Made by a program: the position numbers and the translations under genes. The notes under the pieces were generated by a model. The model was not told the DNA's origin. It saw only the letters and a list, made by a program, of their open reading frames with translations, and searched no databases. From positions 1 to 29,612 of the forward strand of contig JBHIER010000001.1 in assembly GCA_046760705.1 (NCBI GenBank): DNA of 29,612 nt, read 5' to 3'. Below, in pieces: positions 17,149 through 25,230 of the stretch. The stretch is from a bacterium (GTDB lineage: Bacteria > JBHIER01 > G020348925). Position 1 is the first letter of the stretch. Each line of letters opens with the position of its first letter.

Positions 17149-17604
17149 TCAAAGGGTGCGGCCCAGCTTTCTCAACTCCTCCCGGATGTGATCCAGATGA
17201 GTGCCGGACCAATAGATCCTCCTACACCGGGGGCACCGGTAAAAACGTGCATGAGTTTCATAAACGTAGGGTGGAACTTTATTGCGAACCTCCTCCTTCC
17301 CAATTTCTTCCAAGGGCTGATTGCAGATGAGACACAATGAGAGGGTACGGTCATCCACCCTGAGGTCCAACTCCTCAATCACCTGAGAGAGTTGTTCCGA
17401 CAGACGGTGGCTGCGCACCAGCAGTTTTTGAAATCCCTTTCGTGAGGCCAAATCGGTGTCCCGAGTCAACAGAACCCTTCCCTCCTGCGCGGCCATCTTG
17501 GCCAGACGCTGATCCGATTCGTGGCCCAGATAGAGGGTGTCGTAACCCAATATCCGGAGCCATTTGGCCAAACGGCCCAACATGGTGTCGGCGATAAATC
17601 TGAT
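17149..17604 (-). CDS. Mut7-C RNase-domain (DUF82) protein with C-terminal Zn ribbon
   Basis: (I)RFIADTMLGRLAKWLRILGYDT, LLTRD, CLICN, FYRCPRCRRIYWSGTH. The first ATG is at 17583, but the conserved RFIAD lies upstream; the SD points to an ATC at 17604. Confidence 0.85.
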   Translation of the reverse strand: MRFIADTMLGRLAKWLRILGYDTLYLGHESDQRLAKMAAQEGRVLLTRDTDLASRKGFQKLLVRSHRLSEQLSQVIEELDLRVDDRTLSLCLICNQPLEEIGKEEVRNKVPPYVYETHARFYRCPRCRRIYWSGTHLDHIREELRKLGRTL

Positions 17605-17625
17605 CTCCCAATCCTCCTTACCTTA

Positions 17626-17667
17626 TGCAGGGATCTCCAGGAGATTCCTGCATTCGCAGCAATGACA
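17626..17667. repeat. REP-like hairpin of the GATTCC(T)GC..TCGC.G.AATGAC type
   Basis: TGCAGGGATCTCC-A-GGAGATTCCTGCA stem, followed by TTCGCAGCAATGACA. Confidence 0.55.
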
Positions 17668-17934
17668 GGTGCGGACAGATAGTAAGTATATCAAAATCTC
17701 CCCCACGACACAATATGTTTCTGGAGTTCGAAGAGTCAAAACGTGGAAAAGTTAAAGACCCCTCTGCTCTGTCAGTTCAGGGGTTCGCTCGCCACGTTCC
17801 CTTTAGGGGTTCCTTTCAAATCCCATTTGCAGCCACGGCGGTCTAAGGATACGAACAAGGCTGGGACTGCCAGATAAAGCAGTTCTTTGCCATATTGTCT
17901 TGCATGAGACATATAGGCATATAAACTCGATTGC

Positions 17935-17973
17935 CGTTGTCAGGTTGACAACGCTCTTCTAATTTCATATATT
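17935..17973 (+). promoter_or_regulatory. sigma70 promoter overlapped by a perfect 8-bp inverted repeat (operator/enhancer candidate)
   Basis: TTGACA(17945-50)-N17-TATATT(17968-73); palindrome CGTTGTCA-ggt-TGACAACG at 17935-17953. Confidence 0.65.
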
Positions 17974-18078
17974 GTAGATGAGTTTTTGAAGGGAGATTAT
18001 TAAGATGTATAAGATTTTGAATTTCAGACTGATAGGTTAAAAACAGACTCTTTCAGCAACGATGCGGATTGAGTTGCT

Positions 18079-18095
18079 TTGGCACAGAAATTGCA
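18079..18095 (+). promoter_or_regulatory. sigma54 (-24/-12) promoter of the hsp20-dnaK operon
   Basis: TTGGCACAGAAATTGCA matches TGGCAC-N5-TTGC exactly and lies about 70 nt upstream of the hsp20 ATG. Confidence 0.85.
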
Positions 18096-18167
18096 GCACA
18101 TATATTCGCCATGGTGATGGAGCGAATGAGTTCGCCAAAACGCATCTAACTGAAGGAGGTGAGGAGA

Positions 18168-18614
18168 ATGACGTTGATGAGATGGCGTCCAGTGAGGGAT
18201 CTGTTCCACATCAGGGATGAGATGGACCGCTTCTTCGATGAGTTCATGGGGCGGGTTCCTGCTCGGGGCGAGATGGGTGAGGGGGTATGGAGTCCTGATG
18301 TCGACATCCGCGAGTCGGAGAATGAGATCATCGTGGAGTCTGAGGTTCCTGGGATGGACCAGAAGGACATCAAAGTCTCCATAAAGGACAACGTGCTCAC
18401 TCTGATGGGTGAGAAGAAGCAGCAGAGGGAGGCAAAGGAGGCCAACTACCACCGGGTTGAGCGAACCTACGGCTCTTTTGTCCGGTCCTTTACCCTTCCG
18501 ACGACGGTTCTGCCCGACAAGGCTTCGGCCAGTTACAAGAGCGGGGTCCTGAAGATCACCCTCCCCAAGTCTGAGGAAGTGAAGCCGAAAGAGATTGCTG
18601 TGGAGGTGAAATAG
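18168..18614 (+). CDS. Hsp20/alpha-crystallin small heat-shock protein (148 aa)
   Basis: WSPDVDIRE, EVPGMDQKDI, YHRVERTYGSFVRSFTLP and ASYKSGVLKITLPK motifs; SD AGGAGGTGAGGAG before the ATG at 18168. Confidence 0.95.
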   Translation: MTLMRWRPVRDLFHIRDEMDRFFDEFMGRVPARGEMGEGVWSPDVDIRESENEIIVESEVPGMDQKDIKVSIKDNVLTLMGEKKQQREAKEANYHRVERTYGSFVRSFTLPTTVLPDKASASYKSGVLKITLPKSEEVKPKEIAVEVK

Positions 18615-18643
18615 GCTCTCTTGATGCGGCGTGAATTCTTATG

Positions 18644-18685
18644 GTTGGCGGAGGGAACTTTTGAACCCTTCGCCAACTCTTATTT
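18644..18685 (+). terminator. Stem-loop between hsp20 and dnaK (weak terminator or stabiliser)
   Basis: GTTGGCGGAGGG / CCCTTCGCCAAC 12-bp stem, then TCTTATTT. Confidence 0.5.
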
Positions 18686-18710
18686 GTCACATAGAGGAGG
18701 GTAGAGAAAA

Positions 18711-20615
18711 ATGGCAAAAGTAATAGGCGTAGACTTGGGGACCACCAATTCCTGTGTGGCCGTCATGGAAGGTGGCGACCCGGTGGTCATTCCCAACGCT
18801 GAAGGGAGCAGGACCACACCTTCGGTGGTTGCCTTCACCAAGTCTGGTGAACGGCACGTGGGGCAGGTGGCCAAACGGCAGGCGATCACCAACCCCCAGA
18901 ACACGGTCTTCTCCATCAAGCGCTTCATGGGCCGTCGATACGGTGAGGTTACGCAAGAGATCAAAACTGTGCCCTTCAAGGTTGTGCAGGGGACAAATGA
19001 GTTGGCCACAGTGCAGCTCGGTGACAAGCAGTACACCCCGCCTGAGATCTCGGCCATGGTTCTTCAGAAGATGAAACAGACGGCCGAGGACTATTTAGGT
19101 CAAAAGGTCACTCAGGCGGTTATTACGGTCCCAGCCTATTTTAATGACAGCCAGCGCCAGGCGACCAAGGACGCCGGTCGCATCGCCGGCCTTGAGGTGC
19201 TCCGGATCATCAACGAGCCCACGGCTGCATCCTTAGCCTACGGTCTGGACAAGAAGAGCAACGAGAAGATTGCTGTGTTCGATCTGGGTGGAGGAACGTT
19301 CGATATTTCGATTTTGGAGTTGGGAGAAGGCGTCTTTGAGGTGAAGTCGACCAACGGAGATACCCACTTGGGCGGCGACGATTTCGACCAGCGGATCATC
19401 GACTGGCTGTGCGACGAATTCAAAAAGCAGGAGGGCATCGATCTGCGAAAGGATCCCATGGCCTTGCAGCGGTTGAAGGAAGCGGCTGAAAAGGCCAAGT
19501 GTGAGCTTTCGACCACGGCTCAGACGGAGATCAATCTGCCATTTATCACCGCAGATGCCAGTGGTCCGAAACACCTGAACATCACCCTTACGCGGGCCAA
19601 GATGGAGCAGTTGATCGACGATCTTATTGAAAAGACGGTCGGCCCGTGTGAGCTGGCATTGAAGGATGCTGGATTGGGGGCAGACGACATTGACGAGGTA
19701 ATATTAGTCGGTGGTTCTACCCGTGTTCCGCAGGTACAGGAGACGGTCAAAGGCATCTTCGGTAAAGATCCCCATAAAGGTGTCAACCCTGATGAGGTGG
19801 TGGCCGTGGGTGCAGCTATACAGGCTGGCGTCTTGGCTGGTGAAGTGAAGGACGTGGTGCTGCTCGATGTTACACCTCTTTCGCTGGGGATTGAGACCCT
19901 CGGTGGTGTGTGCACACGTCTCATTGAGCGAAACACGACGATCCCAACCCGGAAGAGTGAGATCTTCACTACGGCGGCCGACAGCCAGACCTCCGTGGAA
20001 ATCCATGTTCTCCAGGGGGAGCGGGAGATGGCCATCGACAATCGGACCATCGGCCGTTTCCATCTGGACGGCATCCCGCCTGCGCCGAGGGGCGTTCCGC
20101 AGATAGAGGTGGGCTTTGACATCGATGCCAACGGTATCCTAAACGTGTCGGCCAAAGACAAGGCAACCGGCAAGGAGCAGTCCATCCGCATCGAGGCCTC
20201 CAGCGGGCTGACGGAACAGGAGATCGAGAAGATGGTGAAGGATGCCGAAATGCACGCCGGGGAGGATAAGAAGCGCCGGGAGACGATCGATGTCCGGAAT
20301 CGGGCCGATCAGATGGTCTACGAGACCGAAAAGAACCTCAAGGAGATGGAGGCCAAACTCGATTCGGACACGAAGGCCAAGGTGGAAGCGGCAGTCAACC
20401 GGGTCAAGGAGGCCTTGAAAGTCGACAACGTCGACGAGATAAAGTCGGCCACCGAAGCTCTCACCCAGGTCTGGCACCAGGCCGCTGCCACCCTCTATCA
20501 GCAGGCCACAGCCCAACAGGCCGGGGCTGGCGGCAAAGAGACCGGAGAGGAGAAGGGCAAGAAGAAGGGGAGTGAAGAGACTGCCGTGGAGGCCGATTAT
20601 GAAGTTGTCGATTAA
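18711..20615 (+). CDS. dnaK: Chaperone DnaK (634 aa)
   Basis: [51 protein letters not shown]. Confidence 0.99.
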   Translation: MAKVIGVDLGTTNSCVAVMEGGDPVVIPNAEGSRTTPSVVAFTKSGERHVGQVAKRQAITNPQNTVFSIKRFMGRRYGEVTQEIKTVPFKVVQGTNELATVQLGDKQYTPPEISAMVLQKMKQTAEDYLGQKVTQAVITVPAYFNDSQRQATKDAGRIAGLEVLRIINEPTAASLAYGLDKKSNEKIAVFDLGGGTFDISILELGEGVFEVKSTNGDTHLGGDDFDQRIIDWLCDEFKKQEGIDLRKDPMALQRLKEAAEKAKCELSTTAQTEINLPFITADASGPKHLNITLTRAKMEQLIDDLIEKTVGPCELALKDAGLGADDIDEVILVGGSTRVPQVQETVKGIFGKDPHKGVNPDEVVAVGAAIQAGVLAGEVKDVVLLDVTPLSLGIETLGGVCTRLIERNTTIPTRKSEIFTTAADSQTSVEIHVLQGEREMAIDNRTIGRFHLDGIPPAPRGVPQIEVGFDIDANGILNVSAKDKATGKEQSIRIEASSGLTEQEIEKMVKDAEMHAGEDKKRRETIDVRNRADQMVYETEKNLKEMEAKLDSDTKAKVEAAVNRVKEALKVDNVDEIKSATEALTQVWHQAAATLYQQATAQQAGAGGKETGEEKGKKKGSEETAVEADYEVVD

Positions 20616-20644
20616 AAGGTACTGTCAAGGAGGGGAGTACTGAG

Positions 20645-21508
20645 ATGGCGGATTTTGCTGACCGGAAAGGACCGTTATCGGTGGAGGACGAGCACCTGGC
20701 CCTCTACTTGAAGGAGATCAGCAACATCTCCTTGCTGACGGCCGAGCAAGAGGTTCAGCTCGCCAAGGAGATAAAGAAGGGCAATCAGGAGGCCCTCGAC
20801 ACGCTGGTCAAATCGAACCTGCGTTTTGTGGTGAGCGTCGCCGTGGAGTATAAAGGGCAGGGGTTGCCGCTGCTGGATCTGATCAACGAGGGAAACCTCG
20901 GCCTCATCAAGGCGGCCAAAAAGTTCGATGAGACCAAGGGGTTCAAGTTTATCTCCTATGCGGTCTGGTGGATCCGGCAGGCTATCACCCAAGCCCTGGC
21001 CGATCAGACGCGGGTTGTTCGTCTTCCCATCAACCGCATAAACGCCCTTCACAAGATCGGTAAGATATCAGGCGCTCTGGAACAGGAGTTGGAGCGGCCT
21101 CCGACGGCCGAGGAGATTGCCGAACATCTGGACATGCGCAATGGAGAGGTCCTGGAGACGCTCAGTCTCTCCTCGAAACACGCCTCCATGGATGCCCCTT
21201 TCCCGAGCAATGGGGATCGAGACCTGCATGAGATCCTCGAGGATGAGGGCCAGTTGGCCCCGGACACCGATCTTCTCTCAGAGTCTCGCCTCAAGGCCAT
21301 CAATGAGGCCCTGAAAACGCTGACACCCCGGGAGGCCGAAACACTCAAACTCTATTTCGGTATCGGCACGAACAAAACATACACACTGAAAGAGATCGGC
21401 GACAAATACGGCGTCTCCCGGGAGCGAGCCAGACAGATTAAGGTGAGGGCCATACGCCGGCTGCGCCATGCCTCGCGGAGCCGCAGACTGAAGAGCCACC
21501 TCACGTAG
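20645..21508 (+). CDS. Short RpoD/SigA-family sigma70 factor lacking region 1.1 (287 aa)
   Basis: LYLKEI (1.2), NLRFVVSVA..Y...GL...DLINEGNLGLIKAAKKFDETKGFKFISYAVWWIRQAI (2), VSRERARQIK (4.2). Confidence 0.92.
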   Translation: MADFADRKGPLSVEDEHLALYLKEISNISLLTAEQEVQLAKEIKKGNQEALDTLVKSNLRFVVSVAVEYKGQGLPLLDLINEGNLGLIKAAKKFDETKGFKFISYAVWWIRQAITQALADQTRVVRLPINRINALHKIGKISGALEQELERPPTAEEIAEHLDMRNGEVLETLSLSSKHASMDAPFPSNGDRDLHEILEDEGQLAPDTDLLSESRLKAINEALKTLTPREAETLKLYFGIGTNKTYTLKEIGDKYGVSRERARQIKVRAIRRLRHASRSRRLKSHLT

Positions 21509-21543
21509 TGGCTCTGGAGTGAATCGAAGGGAGGAAGGAATGT

Positions 21544-21777
21544 ATGCCCACATACGAATATCAGTGTAGAAAGTGTAGTTACCGCTTTGAAGAGTTTCAG
21601 AGTATCACTGAAAACCCCTTGGCCCGATGCCCCCAATGCCGTGGCCCTGTGCAGAGGCTGATTGGAGCAGGAGCCGGGTTGCTGTTCAAAGGGCCTGGAT
21701 TCTACGCCACCGATTATCGGAGCGAAAGCTACAAGAAAGCTGAAAAGGCAGAGAAGGGGGAACCGAAAAAGGAGTGA
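21544..21777 (+). CDS. FmdB-family zinc-ribbon protein (77 aa)
   Basis: MPTYEYQCRKC...CPQC...FKGPGFYATDY. Confidence 0.9.
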   Translation: MPTYEYQCRKCSYRFEEFQSITENPLARCPQCRGPVQRLIGAGAGLLFKGPGFYATDYRSESYKKAEKAEKGEPKKE

Positions 21778-21819
21778 GCAAGGTGGACCGATCGCCTATT
21801 GACCCTCGATCTTTGGGAG

Positions 21820-21853
21820 ATCGGGAGCAGGGCACTCTGCTCCCGATTTTGTT
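21820..21853 (+). terminator. Intrinsic terminator before clpB
   Basis: Perfect 11-bp stem ATCGGGAGCAG-GGCACT-CTGCTCCCGAT followed by TTTGTT. Confidence 0.75.
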
Positions 21854-21879
21854 GTTCCTCATCGCTCCGCCGGTAGAAT
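21852..21879 (+). promoter_or_regulatory. Candidate dedicated clpB promoter
   Basis: TTGTTC-N16-TAGAAT immediately after the terminator; GGAGG SD follows. Confidence 0.4.
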
Positions 21880-21895
21880 TGGAGGCGCCTGAAGG

Positions 21896-24535
21896 ATGAA
21901 TCTGGAGAAGTTGACCATCAAAGCTCAGGAGGCTTTGGGAAGGGCCCAGCAGTTGGCCATGGACCATGGGCAACAGGCCATAGAGGGCGTCCATCTTCTC
22001 AAAGCCCTCTTGGAGGATTCTGAGGGCGTCGTCCCTGCGGTGATAAAGAAACTCGGGGCCAGCTTTGATGGGATAAAGAATAAAACCGAGGAGGCGTTGC
22101 AGAGCCTGCCTACGGTCACTCACCGCGGGGTGGGCCAAGTCTACCTCTCGGGCGAGCTGAACGCCGTTCTCAATGGTGCTCTGAAAGAAGCTAATCAGTT
22201 AAAGGATGAGTACGTCAGCTCCGAACACATCCTCATTGCCATGGCTGAAATGCCGAAGAGTGTGGCCGGAGAGATCTTGCTGGAGCACGGCATAACCAAG
22301 GACGCCATTTATAGGGTCCTTCAGGAGATCCGTGGCCACCAGCGGGTGACCGGTCCCAGTCCTGAGCAGACCTATCAAGCTCTGGCCCGCTACAGCCGCG
22401 ACCTCAACGATCTGGCCCGCCGGGGAAAGCTCGACCCGGTCATCGGTCGTGATGAGGAGATCAGGCGAGTGTTGCAGGTGCTGGCTCGTCGGACCAAAAA
22501 CAACCCTGTCCTCATTGGCGATCCCGGGGTGGGCAAGACGGCTATTGTCGAGGGCATCGCCCACCGTATCGTCAACGGCGATGTGCCGGAGAATTTGAAG
22601 ACCAAGCGTATCGTGGCCCTCGATATTGGCGCCCTCGTGGCCGGGGCCAAATTCCGGGGTGAATTCGAGGAGCGGCTCAAGGCCGTCCTGCGGGAGGTGA
22701 CCGAATCGGAGGGCCAGATCATTCTCTTCATCGACGAGCTTCATACAGTAGTCGGAGCGGGAGCGGCCGAAGGGGCCATCGACGCCTCGAACATGCTCAA
22801 ACCGGCCCTGGCTCGGGGGGAGTTGCGCTGCATCGGGGCGACCACTGTGGACGAATATCGGAAGCACATTGAGAAGGACAAGGCCTTAGAGCGGCGGTTT
22901 CAGCCGACCCTGGTGGGTGAACCGAGTGTCGATGACACCATCTCCATTCTGCGCGGTCTGAAGGAGAAGTACGAGGTCCACCACGGCGTCCGCATTCAGG
23001 ATGCAGCCCTGGTCGATGCTGCCGTCCTCTCCCATCGGTACATCAGCGATCGGTTTCTCCCTGACAAGGCCATCGACCTCATCGACGAAGCCGCATCAAA
23101 ACTGCGCATCGAGATCGACTCCATGCCCGAGGAGCTGGACGAGGTGGAGCGGCGCATCAAACAGTTGGAGATCGAACAGGTGGCCCTGAAGAAGGAGAAG
23201 GACGAGGCCTCCAGGGAGCGGCTCAAGGGGGTTAAGGAGGAGTTGGCCAACCTGAATGAGACGAGCAGCCGGTTGAAGGCCCAGTGGCAGGCTGAAAAGC
23301 AGGCCATCACCGAGATTCGGGCCATCAAGGCCGAGATCGATCAGATGAAGAGCGAGATGGAAAAGGTCGAGCGCGAGGGCAACCTCAGACGGGTCGCCGA
23401 AATCCGATACGGTACGCTGCCCGAACTTGAAAAGAGATTGGGGGACGAAAACGCCAAGTTGGCCGAACTGCAGAGGCAGAAGAAGATGCTCAAGGAGGAG
23501 GTGGACCAGGAGGACATCGCCGAGGTGGTCTCCCGGTGGACGGGCATCCCTGTCTCCAGGATGCTGGAGAGTGAGAAGGTCAAGCTGCTGAAGATGGAGG
23601 AGCGCATCTCGCAGCGGGTTGTCGGCCAGAAGGAGGCCATCGCTGCTGTGGCCGACGCCATTCGCCGCTCCCGGGCCGGGTTGGGCGATCCCAACCGACC
23701 TATCGGTTCCTTCATCTTTCTCGGCTCGACCGGCGTGGGCAAGACCGAGCTGGCTCGTGCCCTGGCCCAGTTTCTCTTTGACGATGAGAACGCCATGGTT
23801 CGCATCGACATGTCCGAGTACATGGAGCGCCACGCCGTCTCCCGGCTCATCGGGGCTCCGCCCGGATATGTGGGCTACGAAGAGGGGGGACAGCTCACCG
23901 AGGCCGTCCGCCGCCGACCCTATTCGGTCATCTTGCTTGACGAGATCGAGAAGGCCCACCCGGAGGCCTTCAATATCCTGCTGCAAATTCTTGACGACGG
24001 CCGCCTCACCGACAACAAAGGGCACACCGTCGATTTTAAGAACACCATTCTCATCATGACCTCCAACATCGGCGCCCCGCTCATCATGGAGAAATCGATG
24101 CGGATCACCGACGAGAATCGGGCCGAGATTTACGAGGAGATCAGAAAGGATGTTCTGGCGCTTCTCCGCCAGGCCTTGCGACCCGAGTTCCTCAACCGTA
24201 TCGACGAGATTTTGGTCTTCCATTCTCTGAGCAGAGATGAGATCAAGCAGATCGTCGGGCTGCAGTTTGACCGTGTCAAGACTGCCTTGAAAGAGCAGGG
24301 GCTCGATATCGAGCTAACCGAGGCTGTCCAGGAGTATCTGGCCGATCGAGGCTACGAACCCGCCTTCGGAGCCAGGCCGCTCAAAAGAGTGCTGCAGCGG
24401 GAGGTGGTCAATGAGTTAGCAAAAGAGGTCCTCGAGGGGAAGTTCACCAAGGGTGACCGGATTCTCATCGACTACATTGATGGCCGTTTGACCTTCGAAC
24501 TCTCGAAACCGGTCGAGGCCAAAGCTGTGGCCTGA
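21896..24535 (+). CDS. clpB: ATP-dependent chaperone ClpB (879 aa)
   Basis: Two AAA+ modules ([16 protein letters not shown]), coiled-coil M domain, [20 protein letters not shown]. Confidence 0.98.
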   Translation: MNLEKLTIKAQEALGRAQQLAMDHGQQAIEGVHLLKALLEDSEGVVPAVIKKLGASFDGIKNKTEEALQSLPTVTHRGVGQVYLSGELNAVLNGALKEANQLKDEYVSSEHILIAMAEMPKSVAGEILLEHGITKDAIYRVLQEIRGHQRVTGPSPEQTYQALARYSRDLNDLARRGKLDPVIGRDEEIRRVLQVLARRTKNNPVLIGDPGVGKTAIVEGIAHRIVNGDVPENLKTKRIVALDIGALVAGAKFRGEFEERLKAVLREVTESEGQIILFIDELHTVVGAGAAEGAIDASNMLKPALARGELRCIGATTVDEYRKHIEKDKALERRFQPTLVGEPSVDDTISILRGLKEKYEVHHGVRIQDAALVDAAVLSHRYISDRFLPDKAIDLIDEAASKLRIEIDSMPEELDEVERRIKQLEIEQVALKKEKDEASRERLKGVKEELANLNETSSRLKAQWQAEKQAITEIRAIKAEIDQMKSEMEKVEREGNLRRVAEIRYGTLPELEKRLGDENAKLAELQRQKKMLKEEVDQEDIAEVVSRWTGIPVSRMLESEKVKLLKMEERISQRVVGQKEAIAAVADAIRRSRAGLGDPNRPIGSFIFLGSTGVGKTELARALAQFLFDDENAMVRIDMSEYMERHAVSRLIGAPPGYVGYEEGGQLTEAVRRRPYSVILLDEIEKAHPEAFNILLQILDDGRLTDNKGHTVDFKNTILIMTSNIGAPLIMEKSMRITDENRAEIYEEIRKDVLALLRQALRPEFLNRIDEILVFHSLSRDEIKQIVGLQFDRVKTALKEQGLDIELTEAVQEYLADRGYEPAFGARPLKRVLQREVVNELAKEVLEGKFTKGDRILIDYIDGRLTFELSKPVEAKAVA

Positions 24536-24578
24536 GGAAGCCAAGCTTAAGTAGTGTCTGTGCGAAAATAGCAAATTT

Positions 24579-24656
24579 GTCATTCCGGCCCCGCATCAAG
24601 CCTGTCCTCAACTTGATTGGGGGTAGGGACAAGAGTTCCGAAAAATTTGGAATGAC
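24579..24656. repeat. REP/MITE-like element with GTCATTCC...GGAATGAC termini and a nested CTTGA-loop hairpin
   Basis: 8-bp terminal inverted repeats; internal CCTCAA-CTTGA-TTGGGG. Confidence 0.6.
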
Positions 24657-24706
24657 ATGGAAACGGGTCTCTTCTGACAGACACTAAATAGAAACAAATT
24701 TTTCAG

Positions 24707-24742
24707 CCGCTGTCCCCGCTTTGGGGTGCCGCGGTTTTTTTT
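24707..24742 (+). terminator. Intrinsic terminator downstream of clpB
   Basis: GC-rich stem CCGC..CCCC/GGGG..GCGG followed by 8 T. Confidence 0.7.
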
Positions 24743-24786
24743 CTTCTCTTGATCTTGATCACCGAGGAAAAGATGAACCGTGTGTC

Positions 24787-24809
24787 ATCATCCGACTTGA
24801 TCGGATGAT
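24787..24809. repeat. REP-like hairpin with CTTGA loop
   Basis: Perfect 9-bp stem ATCATCCGA-CTTGA-TCGGATGAT. Confidence 0.6.
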
Positions 24810-25028
24810 CCAAGGGGGTTCAAGGGTGCCTTTTTCTGTATTGCCCGTCATGCTACCCCCCACAGAGATGGGACCAGAGTACAGGAGGTGACCATTTCTC
24901 CCCACTGCCTCTCTCGCCTCAGTTTATTCTCCGTCCACATCTTCGCTTCTAACTCTTACGCATAATCTGAGATAATTCTCCGTGAAATGTCTCCACTCTC
25001 TCTGGGTCTCTGTGGCCAAAGTTTTCTC

Positions 25029-25057
25029 TTGACAACTCCCTCCAATTTGACTATACT
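25029..25057 (+). promoter_or_regulatory. sigma70 promoter of the multi-cohesin gene
   Basis: TTGACA-N17-TATACT. Confidence 0.75.
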
Positions 25058-25230
25058 GACTGTTGAAAAGCGCTCTGAGAACGGAGGCAGGTCATGCAAT
25101 GACTCTATTTCAGCCGAAGAGAGATTCCTCACTGAGCGGGACAAGTGATCCTGCAGCCAAGGCAATTCTTTCTGGATAAAATCAGAGTTCTGGTCGCGTC
25201 TTTATTCCCATTCATAGGGGGTGTTCAATA

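Noticed and set aside
17950-18710. CIRCE/HrcA or sigma32 control of dnaK
   Set aside because: No TTAGCACTC-N9-GAGTGCTAA and no CTTGAA-N13-15-CCCCAT motif found by reading the region
22199-24223. Long minus-strand ORFs (222 and 375 aa) over clpB, and similar ones over dnaK
   Set aside because: Well-known antisense open frames opposite conserved chaperone genes; no independent evidence
25142-25165. GCAGCCAAGGCA resembling SRP RNA
   Set aside because: Lacks the CAGG..GGAAGGAAGCAG core and the flanking long stem
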